Positions 19,809-30,419 are shown, counted from the stretch's first letter. The stretch: DNA of 64,000 nucleotides from Mucilaginibacter sp. (GCA_051953515.1 JBQCIS010000114.1:2226-66225); one strand, 5' to 3'. Notes: generated by a model from the letters alone, not told the origin. Numbers and translations: made by a program.

Positions 19809-21347
19809 ATGAAAAAGGCACTATTTATATTTTTAGTATTCGCATTAGCAAGCTGTAAAAAGCAGTTTTTAGATAGGCAATCCTTATCGCAGATTGGGGG
19901 TAGTAATTTTTGGGCAAATAAGCAAGACGCGCTGTTAGGTATCAATGGCATTTATAACGCGTTACAAGACAGAGTTCAATATAGCGGCAGTTTAAATGCC
20001 GAAGTTGGATTGCCGGTGTATGATAATTTTGGAGATAACTGTTATAATAGTTATCAATGGGAAGGGGCAGGTATCTTTATGGTAGGAACTGTTGACCCTT
20101 CACACTACTTTTTTAATGATTTGTGGTCTTCGCTATATAAAGGAATTGGAAGAGCTAATGTTGCTATTGAAAACATTTCGCAAATACCATCCTCAGCCCT
20201 GAGCGATGCTGATAAGAAAATGCTTATTGGGCAAGCTTTGTTTTTACGGGCCTTGTTTTACATGAATTTGGCTGTGTATTACCAGGATGTACCGCTAATA
20301 TTAAAGCCGCAAACTTTAGCAGAGGCTTATGTACCTAAAAACACCTATCAAGAGGTCTCAAATCAGATCATCGCCGATTTAAAGGCAGCGGCGGCATCAT
20401 TACCTGCTACTTATCCTGCTAATCAATATGGTTATGCTACGCAGGGGGCTGCGTATGGTTTGCTTGCAAGATTTTATTTGTATAACCACGATTACCAAGA
20501 TGCGCTTGATGCAACTACCCAGGTTATGGCTTTAGGTTATGCCCTAAATCCAAGTTATGCTCAGTTGTTTACACCTCAGGGTGAGACCTCTAAAGAAATT
20601 ATTTTTTCAATAAAATTTTCGGCCGACATTACCACACCCGGCGAGTTGTTTTCTTCCACATATCCGGGCGTTCCCAAAGTTGATGAGCAACCCATGCCAA
20701 ATTTAGTAAACGATTATTATTGCACAGATGGAAAGCCAATCAGTACTTCGCCGCTATATAGTTCAGCAAAGCCAAAAGCGAACAGAGACCCGCGGTTAGC
20801 AGCATCGGTTTATTTTACCGGCGATATTTTTATTACCGACCTTAATACCGCTTTTAAAGGTAATACAGCTACAAAATATGGGTTGAAAAAATATTTGAAA
20901 ACAACCAATGCTGCTGCAAATGGTTCAACTATATATGGCCCCGGCAATCAGGACTTTATTGTTTTGCGTTATGCGGATATATTGCTGATGAGGGCGGAGG
21001 CTTTGGTGGAGTTAAACCAGCTTGGCGACGTTTACACTTTAGTTGATAATGTGCGCTCGAGAGCAGGTATGCCAAGTGTAGAAAGTGTTGAAGGGGCAGG
21101 TTTAAGCCAATCGCAGCTGCGAACTATTGTTAGGCATGAAAGACGTATTGAATTAGCTTTTGAAGGGTTAAGATTTTTTGACCTGAAAAGATGGGGACAA
21201 ATGGCGCAGGCTGTTCAGGCAGCCCAGGCTGATAAAATCCCCGGATACAGCCCTGTTTACCGCTCCGGAAAATCGGAGATCTTTCCCATTCCTCAGCCTC
21301 AGTTAGATGCAGACCATGCCTTGCAACAAAATCCGGTATGGAATTAA
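19809..21347 (+). CDS. SusD/RagB-family lipoprotein
   Basis: Lipoprotein signal (FALASC), 15 nt after SusC. C-terminal block RHERRIELAFEGLRFFDLKRWG ... QQNPVWN. Confidence 0.9.
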   Translation: MKKALFIFLVFALASCKKQFLDRQSLSQIGGSNFWANKQDALLGINGIYNALQDRVQYSGSLNAEVGLPVYDNFGDNCYNSYQWEGAGIFMVGTVDPSHYFFNDLWSSLYKGIGRANVAIENISQIPSSALSDADKKMLIGQALFLRALFYMNLAVYYQDVPLILKPQTLAEAYVPKNTYQEVSNQIIADLKAAAASLPATYPANQYGYATQGAAYGLLARFYLYNHDYQDALDATTQVMALGYALNPSYAQLFTPQGETSKEIIFSIKFSADITTPGELFSSTYPGVPKVDEQPMPNLVNDYYCTDGKPISTSPLYSSAKPKANRDPRLAASVYFTGDIFITDLNTAFKGNTATKYGLKKYLKTTNAAANGSTIYGPGNQDFIVLRYADILLMRAEALVELNQLGDVYTLVDNVRSRAGMPSVESVEGAGLSQSQLRTIVRHERRIELAFEGLRFFDLKRWGQMAQAVQAAQADKIPGYSPVYRSGKSEIFPIPQPQLDADHALQQNPVWN

Positions 21348-21369
21348 TTAATGAATAAGGAAGTAAAAA

Positions 21370-22266
21370 ATGAAAAAGCGCTTTTATAACAAAAGCCTGG
21401 CGTTTTTAAACATGCCGGCATGGGTACTATTATTTTGCGTAATATCTGCTTCGTTATCATGCGCAAAAAAATCCATTCCCGTCACTACGTCTCAGTCGCA
21501 GCAACAAGGTAGTACACCTACCGGCACGGTGAATATGAAAAAGGGAATGGGCATGACCCTTAAAACTACTGATTGGTTAAACAAGGTGAAGGCGGTTAAT
21601 GTATCATGGCACTACAGTTGGGGGGCTATGTTTGCATCAGGAGAACCCACAACCGTGGAATATGTCCCGATGATTTGGGGACAATGGTTTACCGATTCTA
21701 CCTTAACAAGTCTGCAATCTTTAGTTAAACAAGGTGAAATTAAAAACCTTCTCGGATTTAATGAGCCAGACAACCTTCAGCAGGCAAATATGACAGTACA
21801 ACAGGCCATAGCATTATGGCCTAAACTCATGAGCTTAAATGTTCCTTTGGGCAGCCCGGCAGCTGTAAACGCTTTGGGCCCATGGATGCAAAATTTTATG
21901 CGCCAAGCTGATTCTCTGCATTACAGGGTTGATTTTATAACCGTCCATCTTTATGTGGGTACAAGTGCTGATAATTTTATGAGCACATTGAAACAGATTC
22001 ATGATTTGTACGGTAAGCCTATTTGGATTACGGAGTTTGCCGTGGCAGACTGGAATGCTAAATCTTTATCTCAAAATCAATATTCAACCACTGCTGTACT
22101 TCAGTTCATGAAAACCGTATTGCCCAGATTAGATACCGTTTCTTATATACAGCGTTATGCCTGGTTTCCTGCAAGTACAAGCGATGCTAATTTAGGTACT
22201 TCAGGGTTATTTAATACTGATGGTTCATTAACTGCACTTGGATCATATTATGCTAATCATAATTAA
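21370..22266 (+). CDS. GH128-like 'glycosyl hydrolase catalytic core' lipoprotein
   Basis: Lipoprotein signal (ASLSC). WHYSWG, LLGFNEPDN, FITVHLY and IWITEFAVADW are present. Confidence 0.65.
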   Translation: MKKRFYNKSLAFLNMPAWVLLFCVISASLSCAKKSIPVTTSQSQQQGSTPTGTVNMKKGMGMTLKTTDWLNKVKAVNVSWHYSWGAMFASGEPTTVEYVPMIWGQWFTDSTLTSLQSLVKQGEIKNLLGFNEPDNLQQANMTVQQAIALWPKLMSLNVPLGSPAAVNALGPWMQNFMRQADSLHYRVDFITVHLYVGTSADNFMSTLKQIHDLYGKPIWITEFAVADWNAKSLSQNQYSTTAVLQFMKTVLPRLDTVSYIQRYAWFPASTSDANLGTSGLFNTDGSLTALGSYYANHN

Positions 22267-22620
22267 AAGCGAGAGCAGAAGCCGGCCGTTTATTTGGGCA
22301 ATTACCATTTCAGCCAGATAGCGGTAAAGCAGATGATGCTATTAGGTTTAAATAAATCGATGTAAAAGCATATTGAAAATATCGATATGCAATAGCAAGG
22401 CAAATCAATTAAAACGAAGAAATAAATTTAAGAGACAGTAAGGGATAACAGCCGTTTAGGCTAACCAACCACGCCCGGGCGTGGCTTTGCTTAAATTATT
22501 ACAAAAAAAATAATCAGAGGATTGCTTAATGGAGCTAACAATAGCGCAAGGCCTATAAAATGCCGCCATTGCCATTGGTAATAATAGCTTCTTAAGTAAT
22601 CCTATTAATCAAAAACTTAT

Positions 22621-23475
22621 ATGAAAATTAAGGTAACTATAATATTATTAGCTCTGGTGGTTATATGTGTAAGTTGCAGCCAAAAACTTGCGTATGTTTC
22701 AAAGACTTCAAAGGAAAAATCCAATTTTGATCCCAAAAAAGGTTTGTGTTTAACAACTGCGAAGGAAAATAATTGGGTAGAAAGCTTAAATGCTATGAAC
22801 ATAAGTTGGCATTACAGCTGGGGTGGCCGGTTAAATCCTGACGAACCTCAAAACATACAGTTTGTGCCTATGATATGGAAAGCAGGGGGAAGCTTTTCAG
22901 ACTTAGATAAGAATATCGATTATTTAAAGCCTTTAGTACAAAGCCACAGGGTTAATTATTTATTGGGTTTTAACGAACCGGATGGCGAAAAGCAGGCTAA
23001 CATGACCGTGGACGAAGCCATTGCTGCCTGGCCTAAATTGATGGAATTGGGCGTACCATTAGGAAGCCCTGCATGCGTGCATGCCGATAACGCCTGGATG
23101 AAAGAATTTATGGCTAAGGCAAGCGAGCGGCATTATAGAATAGACTTTATTACTGTACACTGGTATGGCACACCAAACGCCGCAGAACTTATCGGGTATT
23201 TAAAAAAGATCCATAAAATGTACCACAAGCCTATTTGGATAACCGAATTTGCTGTTGGCGATTGGAAAGCAAAGACTGTTGAGGAGAATAAATTTTCTGC
23301 CGATGAAATATTGGTATTTATGAAAGAGTTGTTGCCTCAATTAGATAAACTTTCATTTGTTAAGAAATATGCGTGGTTCTCAGCAAAAACGAATTCGTCG
23401 CATCTGGGTACCTCTGCATTGTTTAACTCTGATGGCACATTAACCGCGTTAGGAAAATACTATTCCAGCTTTTAA
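22621..23475 (+). CDS. GH128-like 'glycosyl hydrolase catalytic core' lipoprotein (close paralog of 21370..22266)
   Basis: Lipoprotein signal (ICVSC). WHYSWG, LLGFNEPDG, FITVHWY, IWITEFAVGDW, and the same C-terminal ending (DGTLTALGKYY versus DGSLTALGSYY). Confidence 0.65.
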   Translation: MKIKVTIILLALVVICVSCSQKLAYVSKTSKEKSNFDPKKGLCLTTAKENNWVESLNAMNISWHYSWGGRLNPDEPQNIQFVPMIWKAGGSFSDLDKNIDYLKPLVQSHRVNYLLGFNEPDGEKQANMTVDEAIAAWPKLMELGVPLGSPACVHADNAWMKEFMAKASERHYRIDFITVHWYGTPNAAELIGYLKKIHKMYHKPIWITEFAVGDWKAKTVEENKFSADEILVFMKELLPQLDKLSFVKKYAWFSAKTNSSHLGTSALFNSDGTLTALGKYYSSF

Positions 23476-23807
23476 TTATCGCTAAACACAAATTTCTGCG
23501 GCCCGATTAATATCTGATACGGGCAGTGCCCTTAATTTATAACAAAATCCTTCGATATGTAATTTAGTAGGCGCGGCCTGTCATTATTATATTAATGGCA
23601 ACATGCAGTTATTTGAATAAATTATCATTGAATTAATAAGCTTCATGTATTATATTTATGCTCATTAAGTTTGCTTAAAAAACTATAAAACCATTAGTTT
23701 TAACCAATATTTTAAATATCAACCGCCTAATTATTCTAGAATAAAATATTGAACATAAATTGTTCAATAGGCTATTTGATATATAAGTAACCTGTAAATG
23801 ACTTTCG

Positions 23808-26800
23808 ATGTTGAAGATACTTCATATTATTTCGAATTTCGCATTGATTGTCCTAATACTAAATAGTCATAATTGTTTTGCTCAAGCCAATTTAGAAGAG
23901 CCAATAACAATTAATAACGGATTAATAAACAACGAGGTTACTGCCATCCATCAAGATAAATATGGGTTTTTATGGTTTGGTACAAGAGGCGGCTTGGACA
24001 GATATGACGGATATGATTTTAAGCTCATCGGACATAACCCCCAACTTAAAAATACGCTTACGAATCAATCCGTTGAAGTGATTGCGGAAGACAAGTTTCA
24101 GGATATTTTATGGATTGGAACAAAAAACGGCGGACTAAACAGCTATAATTTATTGACGGATTCTGTCTCTATTTATCACCCTCCCTTAAATATTAAAATT
24201 CAGGAAATTAAATGTTTGGCGGTTGATAAATCCGGTACTCTTTTTATAGGCGCTTTAAACGGATTTTATTGTTATAAAAAGGGGAAATTTGAAATAATAA
24301 ATGATCACCAACTTACAAATGCTGTTAAGATAGACAGTAAAGGCCGGGTTTGGGTAGGTACATCGAATGGTCTTTTTTTATACAATTACCAATCTAATAA
24401 ATTAAATTCTGTTAAATTAAACTTTGATAACGTTGATATTACCTCAATAGCGATCAACAACCTGACACAAACTTTATATTTCGGTACCTGGAAAAAAGGG
24501 TTGATCAAATATCAAATTAACACAACCGAAACAACACAGTTTTTACATAAAAGCGATGATGTAAAAAGCATAAGTAATAATAATACATACCGGGTTTTTT
24601 TAGACAGCAATAAAAACCTTTGGGTTGGCACCTGGGGAGGCGGATTAAATAAATTTGATGATAAATCTCAAACTTTCAAGCATATCAATATCAAGCCCGA
24701 TGGTATTTATAATTTAGATTACGATGTGATTTTGTCTATAATACAAGATAGATCGGGGGTAATTTGGATAGGGCTGGATGGTGGCGGCGTTTGCAAAATA
24801 AATTCATCCAGCCATGGCTTTAAAAATATAACGTATTCAGTTTCCTCTCCCAATAATCTCCTCAATACTCATATTAAATCTGTTTTTCAGGATAGCAAAC
24901 GCAGATTATGGTTAGGCACAAAAGGTAGCGGATTATTTTATTCAACAGACAAACTGTTTTTTTTACATCAAAAACCGCCCCCGTCCGGATTTGTAAACGC
25001 CTTTTTTGAAAACAATCAAAAAGATCTGTGGGTTGGTTCATCCGATGGTTTATCTATATACCAGGATTTTTATAAAAGATTGTCTCCACCTCTTCAAGTT
25101 GTAAATAAATTAAATGATACTTCCTCGTTAAGCGGCCCCCAGGTTAGCGCTATAGTTAAAGACCGGGATAATACGATTTGGGTAGGAACGCAAGAACAAG
25201 GTTTAAATAAGTTGTTAAGTATCCAGAACGGAAAATTCTGTTTTAAGCGATACACAGCAAAAATTGGTACAAAGGGTGCATTGCAAAATGAACGAATAAG
25301 CTGTTTACTGGTAGATTATAAAAATCGACTTTGGATTGGCACTTACGGCGGCTTATACTTATATAATCGTGATAAGGATAATTTTTCTCTCTTTCGCGCG
25401 CATGTAAACGGGAAAAATACATTATCAAATAATACAATTATTTCATTGGCCCAGGACCATAAGGGCAATATATGGATAGGTACAGAACAGGGGTTAAATG
25501 AGTTGTTGTTTAATGATATACACCATTACACGTTTAAAAGATATTTTGAATCGACTGGTTTTCCAAATGATTATATTCATGCAGTTCAGGTTGACCGGTT
25601 TGATAATATTTGGATGAGCACCAATAGCGGAATAACCGAGTTAAAAGCCGAAACACAAACATTTTTAAATTTTGACAACGAAAACGGGGTTTCATTTAAC
25701 ACTTTTGCCCAGAATTCAAGTTTTTTAGCTCGCGACGGCGAAATCTTTTTTGGGGGGCCGTCGGGTTTAACATATTTTTATCCGGATAGCATATTCCTAA
25801 ATAAATTCAAACCCAATGTATTTATTACTGATCTGAAAGTAAACAATACGGATGTCTCTGTCGGGCAAAATATAAAGGGAGATAAAATTCTTTCTAAGTC
25901 GTTGTTCGTAACAGACAAGATTACACTTTCTTATAAAGAGGATATTTTTTCATTAACTTTTGCCTCTTTGGATTACCACGCATCCAGTAGAAATCAATAC
26001 CAATATAGGCTTCGGGGATTTAATGAAAACTGGATAAATGCCGATAAAAACAGAACAGTTACCTATACCAATCTTTCGCCCGGTACTTATATTTTTGAAG
26101 TTAGAGGAACAAATAGTGATCAAATTTGGAATGCAAAAAGCGTTAGTTTGGAAATTAATGTTCTTCCTCCACCCTGGAAAACCTGGTGGGCTTATACCCT
26201 CTATTATCTGATTATTGTATTTGGCCTGTGGCTATCAAGGCATATTAAATTAAACAGGTTAAATCTTGAAAACAAGTTACAATTGGCAGATTTAAACTAC
26301 AAAAAGGAGCACGAAATAACCGAATTTAAGAGTAAGCTGTTTTCAAATATTTCGCATGAGTTTAGAACGCCTCTATCTTTAATAATAGGCCCGATTGAAG
26401 GATTGCTTGAATCAGAAAAGTTAGATTCATCGGTATCAAATGTGCTTTATAACGTACAAAGTCAGTCTAAAAGGCTTTTGAGTTTGGTGACCCAATTTCT
26501 GGACTTTAATAAGGCCGAAAGCAACGCTTTAAAGTTAAATGCTGTTAAACAAGATATAGTACCGATTTTTAAAAACATATGTAACTCGTTTGTTTTTGAA
26601 GCTGATAGAAAAAAAATTAAATTCCTGTTTGAGGCAAACAAGGAGCAAATTTTTCTTGAAATTGATAAAGATAAGATTGAGAGTATTGTTTATAATTTAC
26701 TATCAAATGCCTTTAAATTTACCCCAAACGGGGGAGAAATTAGTTTTAAGGTTTTATTAAAGGAGAATGAGTCGATATGCGAATTTTTGATTTTAGATAC

Positions 26801-27875
26801 GGGAAAAGGTATTAGCGCTAACGATAAAGTAAAAGTATTTAACAGGTTTTACCAGGTATCGCAGGCAGAACCGGGCCAATATGCCGGCACAGGGATAGGC
26901 TTGGCATTTGTTAAAGATTTGGTTGAACTACATAAGGGAACTATTGATATTGAAGATAATACTCCTACCGGTACTATTTTTAAAATCATTTTACCCGCTG
27001 TTAATTCAGGTAAAGGGGGTGAGCAACTTGATCAATTTATAGCCTATGAGGAAATGGCGGTTGAAGATCATCCGAGCGTTACCAACGAAAATGAAGATTT
27101 GCCCATTATTTTAATAGTGGAAGATAATGAAGAACTTAACTATTATATATCAGAAACTTTAAAACCAATTGGCAAGGTAATTTCAGCCAGGAACGGTAAA
27201 GAAGGATTGGCTCAATCTTTAAACATAATACCTGATTTGATTGTCAGCGACATAATGATGCCAGAATTAAACGGTTATCAATTAGCCGAGGCCTTAAAAT
27301 CAGATATCAGAACCTCTCATATTCCCATCATTCTGCTTACCGCAAAATCAGACGAACCATCTTATGTTGAAGGTTTACGGTTAGGTGCCGATATGTATCT
27401 GACCAAGCCGTTTAGCCCCCGGATTTTAATCTCACATGTAAAAAACCTCATTCAATCTCGTAAAGTATTAAAAGTTTTATTTGCTCAGCAATTACGCATA
27501 GAGCCTAATGAAATAGCTGTAATCTCTTTTGAAGAGGAGTTTATCAAAAAGTTAATTGACTATATTGAAGAACATATTTCTGAGGACGAGCTTTCTATTG
27601 ATAAAATGGCAGATCATGTTTTTATGAGCCGATCCACTTTATATAGAAAATTAAAGGCTTTAACCGGAATGTCTATTTCAGATTTCGTACGCTTAATTAA
27701 GTTAAAACGAAGTGCGCAATTTTTAGCGACAGGAAAATACACTGTGAATATGGCCGCATTTGAGGCCGGCTTTAATGATCTTAAATATTTCAGAAAGGTT
27801 TTTCAAAACCAGTTTGGCATTAATCCATCTGAATATCTTAAAAGAGAAAAGTCTAAAAGCAATACTACAATTTGA
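23808..27875 (+). CDS. Hybrid two-component system sensor kinase/response regulator with AraC-type HTH (HTCS-1)
   Basis: Signal peptide and repeated propeller motifs (LWFGTRGGL, LWVGTWGGGL). TM segment WWAYTLYYLIIVFGLWLS, HisKA FSNISHEFRTPLSLI, HATPase GTGIGLAFVK, receiver ILIVEDNEELN...SDIMMPELNG, AraC HTH YFRKVFQNQFGINPSEY. Confidence 0.95.
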   Translation: MLKILHIISNFALIVLILNSHNCFAQANLEEPITINNGLINNEVTAIHQDKYGFLWFGTRGGLDRYDGYDFKLIGHNPQLKNTLTNQSVEVIAEDKFQDILWIGTKNGGLNSYNLLTDSVSIYHPPLNIKIQEIKCLAVDKSGTLFIGALNGFYCYKKGKFEIINDHQLTNAVKIDSKGRVWVGTSNGLFLYNYQSNKLNSVKLNFDNVDITSIAINNLTQTLYFGTWKKGLIKYQINTTETTQFLHKSDDVKSISNNNTYRVFLDSNKNLWVGTWGGGLNKFDDKSQTFKHINIKPDGIYNLDYDVILSIIQDRSGVIWIGLDGGGVCKINSSSHGFKNITYSVSSPNNLLNTHIKSVFQDSKRRLWLGTKGSGLFYSTDKLFFLHQKPPPSGFVNAFFENNQKDLWVGSSDGLSIYQDFYKRLSPPLQVVNKLNDTSSLSGPQVSAIVKDRDNTIWVGTQEQGLNKLLSIQNGKFCFKRYTAKIGTKGALQNERISCLLVDYKNRLWIGTYGGLYLYNRDKDNFSLFRAHVNGKNTLSNNTIISLAQDHKGNIWIGTEQGLNELLFNDIHHYTFKRYFESTGFPNDYIHAVQVDRFDNIWMSTNSGITELKAETQTFLNFDNENGVSFNTFAQNSSFLARDGEIFFGGPSGLTYFYPDSIFLNKFKPNVFITDLKVNNTDVSVGQNIKGDKILSKSLFVTDKITLSYKEDIFSLTFASLDYHASSRNQYQYRLRGFNENWINADKNRTVTYTNLSPGTYIFEVRGTNSDQIWNAKSVSLEINVLPPPWKTWWAYTLYYLIIVFGLWLSRHIKLNRLNLENKLQLADLNYKKEHEITEFKSKLFSNISHEFRTPLSLIIGPIEGLLESEKLDSSVSNVLYNVQSQSKRLLSLVTQFLDFNKAESNALKLNAVKQDIVPIFKNICNSFVFEADRKKIKFLFEANKEQIFLEIDKDKIESIVYNLLSNAFKFTPNGGEISFKVLLKENESICEFLILDTGKGISANDKVKVFNRFYQVSQAEPGQYAGTGIGLAFVKDLVELHKGTIDIEDNTPTGTIFKIILPAVNSGKGGEQLDQFIAYEEMAVEDHPSVTNENEDLPIILIVEDNEELNYYISETLKPIGKVISARNGKEGLAQSLNIIPDLIVSDIMMPELNGYQLAEALKSDIRTSHIPIILLTAKSDEPSYVEGLRLGADMYLTKPFSPRILISHVKNLIQSRKVLKVLFAQQLRIEPNEIAVISFEEEFIKKLIDYIEEHISEDELSIDKMADHVFMSRSTLYRKLKALTGMSISDFVRLIKLKRSAQFLATGKYTVNMAAFEAGFNDLKYFRKVFQNQFGINPSEYLKREKSKSNTTI

Positions 27876-28007
27876 TTGATGATTTGAAGGTTGTATGCTA
27901 TTTATAAAAGTGTGATATATTAAAGCGAATACAACACTAAATTATGAATGGTAAACAGGATCTTCATTAGATTAATTTCGGTGTTTATAAATAATTGTCC
28001 TAACAAG

Positions 28008-28035
28008 AGAGTATCAGAGTGGCTTTTGTGGTGTC
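28008..28035 (+). promoter_or_regulatory. Weak variant of the TGAGTAT-N16-CGTC promoter-like motif (AGAGTAT-N17-TGTC)
   Basis: AGAGTAT at 28008-28014 and TGTC at 28032-28035, 43 nt upstream of the LacI-1 ATG. It has two mismatches and a spacer 1 nt longer. Confidence 0.2.
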
Positions 28036-28077
28036 TTTATCCAAATAACAATTGGGTAGATAGTAACGTATGCCATT

Positions 28078-29103
28078 ATGAAAAAAAAGCGGGTATCAAT
28101 TGTTGATATAGCGAATAGTTTACAAATATCAAAAACAACGGTATCATTCATATTAAACGGAAAAGCAAAAGAAAAGCGGATAAGTGATGAAATGGTTGCT
28201 AAAGTAAACCAATTCATTCTCGAAACAGGCTATAAGCCAAGCGCCCTGGCAAGAAGCTTAAGAACGGGGCGTTCAAAAATTATCGGCTTTCTCATCGAAG
28301 ATATATCTCATCCGTTTTTCTCAGGTATAGCCAGGCTGATAGAGGATGAAGCCACTAAAAACGGTTACAAAATAATATATGCAAGTACCGATAATGATAT
28401 CCTTAAAACCAGGGAAATCATTACAATGATGCGCGACCGGCAGGTGGATGGCTATATTATTACACCACCGCTTGGAATAGAGTCAGAAGTGACAGAATTA
28501 ATAGGCGAAGGGATACCCGTTGTTGTATTTGACCGGTACTTGCCCGGTGTGAAAACCGATTATGTGATAGTAGATAACTTTCATGGATCTTTTGGCGCAA
28601 CAGCACATTTGCTTGATCAGGGCTATAGAAATGTGGTTTTTGTTACATTCAGGTCATTACAGATGCAAATGCAGGATCGGGTATCGGGATACAGCGAGGC
28701 CATGAAAACGCGCAAGTTAACGCCTGTTGTTCTCGAACTGGAATATAGCCACTCCAGGTTACCAATTACAGAAGCATTAGCCAACTTATTACCCATGCAC
28801 ACGAATATGGATGCCGTTTTGTTTGCCACAAACCGTATTGGTGTTTGTGGTTTAAAAGTAATGGAGCACCTCGGGAAAAATATGAGAGATGTTGCAATAG
28901 CTTCTTTTGATGATGATATCGTATACAAATTTCATAAGCCATCAGTTACTGCAGTAGCCCAACCCATTGAAGAGATAGCTAAGAATGTAATTTCATTAAT
29001 GATTACGAAACTGAAAAAGCGTAATCAGCCATCTGATTTTCAAACTGTTATTTTGGATACAACTTTAAAGGTTAGGGACTCTACAAAGGCAAAATTAGCA
29101 TGA
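28078..29103 (+). CDS. LacI-family transcriptional regulator (LacI-1)
   Basis: N-terminal HTH VSIVDIANSLQISKTTVSFILNG followed by a periplasmic-binding-protein-like sugar-binding core. Confidence 0.9.
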   Translation: MKKKRVSIVDIANSLQISKTTVSFILNGKAKEKRISDEMVAKVNQFILETGYKPSALARSLRTGRSKIIGFLIEDISHPFFSGIARLIEDEATKNGYKIIYASTDNDILKTREIITMMRDRQVDGYIITPPLGIESEVTELIGEGIPVVVFDRYLPGVKTDYVIVDNFHGSFGATAHLLDQGYRNVVFVTFRSLQMQMQDRVSGYSEAMKTRKLTPVVLELEYSHSRLPITEALANLLPMHTNMDAVLFATNRIGVCGLKVMEHLGKNMRDVAIASFDDDIVYKFHKPSVTAVAQPIEEIAKNVISLMITKLKKRNQPSDFQTVILDTTLKVRDSTKAKLA

Positions 29104-29158
29104 TACAATGAAAAGAATGCGGAAGATCATTACACGAAAAATTGGTTTAGTTAGTGCA

Positions 29159-29186
29159 GCCGGCTGGTATATACCAGCTGGCTTTT
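29159..29186 (+). terminator. Terminator-like hairpin after LacI-1
   Basis: GCCGGCTGGTAT/ATACCAGCTGGC forms a 12-bp stem with one G-U pair, followed by TTTT. Confidence 0.55.
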
Positions 29187-29219
29187 GATCCACTATTGTT
29201 AAACGCGACATAATTATAA

Positions 29220-30419
29220 ATGAAAGTATCTGATAAGATTGGCCTGTTGACTATTGTTTGCATGTTACTATGCGCTACAGCTTTTGCACAAAAGTTCAAT
29301 GCAAGGCCAAACATTGCTTACTGCATTCACCAGGCGGAAACCACACTTAAAAATATACCGGCGGATCCGGTTAATAACCTCCCTCGAAGCATTCCGAATG
29401 GATCAAAGCAATGGCAATATGTGGGTTATCGCGACTGGTGCAGCGGTTTCTGGCCAGGTATACTTTGGTATATTTATGGCTATACACATAATGAAAAATG
29501 GAAACAGGAAGCCGATAGATATACCAGGGAACTTACACCGCTGTCTTATCAGAAAGGATTTGACCATGACCTGGGCTTTATGGTGTTTACCTCTTTTGGC
29601 AAAGGCTATATGCTTACCCATAATCCGGAATATAAAGCGGTAATATTAAGATCGGCCGACGCCCTGGCTACTTTATTCAACCCCAAAATAGGTACTATAC
29701 TTTCGTGGCCGCAAATGGTAAAGAAGATGGGATGGCCACATAATACCATTATCGATAATATGATAAACCTTGAATTGTTGTTCTGGGCCGCAAAGAATGG
29801 TGGGGGGCAACGGTTATATAATATTGCGGTTAAGCATGCGGAAACTACCATGCACAACCATTTCAGGCCCGATTACAGCGCATACCACGTTGTGGTTTAT
29901 GATACCATAACCGGCAAAAAAATTAAAGGTGTTACTCACCAGGGATATGCTGATAACTCGATGTGGGCACGGGGGCAGTCGTGGGCCATATATGGCTTCA
30001 CCATGTGCTACCGGGAAACCCAAAAACCGGAGTTTTTAGATTTTGCTCAAAAAGTAGCAGACATCTATCTGAAAAGATTGCCTGCAGATAAAATCCCTTT
30101 TTATGATTTTGATGATCCATCGTTACCCAATGCGCCTAAGGATGCATCAGCAGCAGCTGTAACGGCTTCGGCACTGCTTGAGTTATCAGGCTACGTACCG
30201 GATAAGGCAAAAGCCAGATTTTACAGGCGGCAGGCTATTGCTATGCTGGCTGAGCTTTCGTCTGCAACATACCAAAGCCGGGGGCGGAATAGTGCTTTTT
30301 TACTGCATTCAACGGGTAATAAACCGATTAATGGAGAAGTAGACGCATCCATTATATATGCTGATTATTACTATCTTGAAGCTTTGCTGAGGCTTGAAAA
30401 TATGCGGTTAAGCAATTAA
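29220..30419 (+). CDS. Glycoside hydrolase family 88 (unsaturated glucuronyl hydrolase-like)
   Basis: Signal peptide. YRDWCSGFWPGILWYIY, FDHDLGFMVFTSFG, IIDNMINLELLFWA and RGQSWAIYGF form the characteristic GH88 motif series. Confidence 0.9.
   Translation: MKVSDKIGLLTIVCMLLCATAFAQKFNARPNIAYCIHQAETTLKNIPADPVNNLPRSIPNGSKQWQYVGYRDWCSGFWPGILWYIYGYTHNEKWKQEADRYTRELTPLSYQKGFDHDLGFMVFTSFGKGYMLTHNPEYKAVILRSADALATLFNPKIGTILSWPQMVKKMGWPHNTIIDNMINLELLFWAAKNGGGQRLYNIAVKHAETTMHNHFRPDYSAYHVVVYDTITGKKIKGVTHQGYADNSMWARGQSWAIYGFTMCYRETQKPEFLDFAQKVADIYLKRLPADKIPFYDFDDPSLPNAPKDASAAAVTASALLELSGYVPDKAKARFYRRQAIAMLAELSSATYQSRGRNSAFLLHSTGNKPINGEVDASIIYADYYYLEALLRLENMRLSN

Noticed and set aside
29254-29643. 129-aa same-strand alternate-frame ORF overlapping the start of the GH88 gene
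   Set aside because: The GH88 frame carries the full family motif series, while the alternate frame has none. It is most simply a chance open frame.
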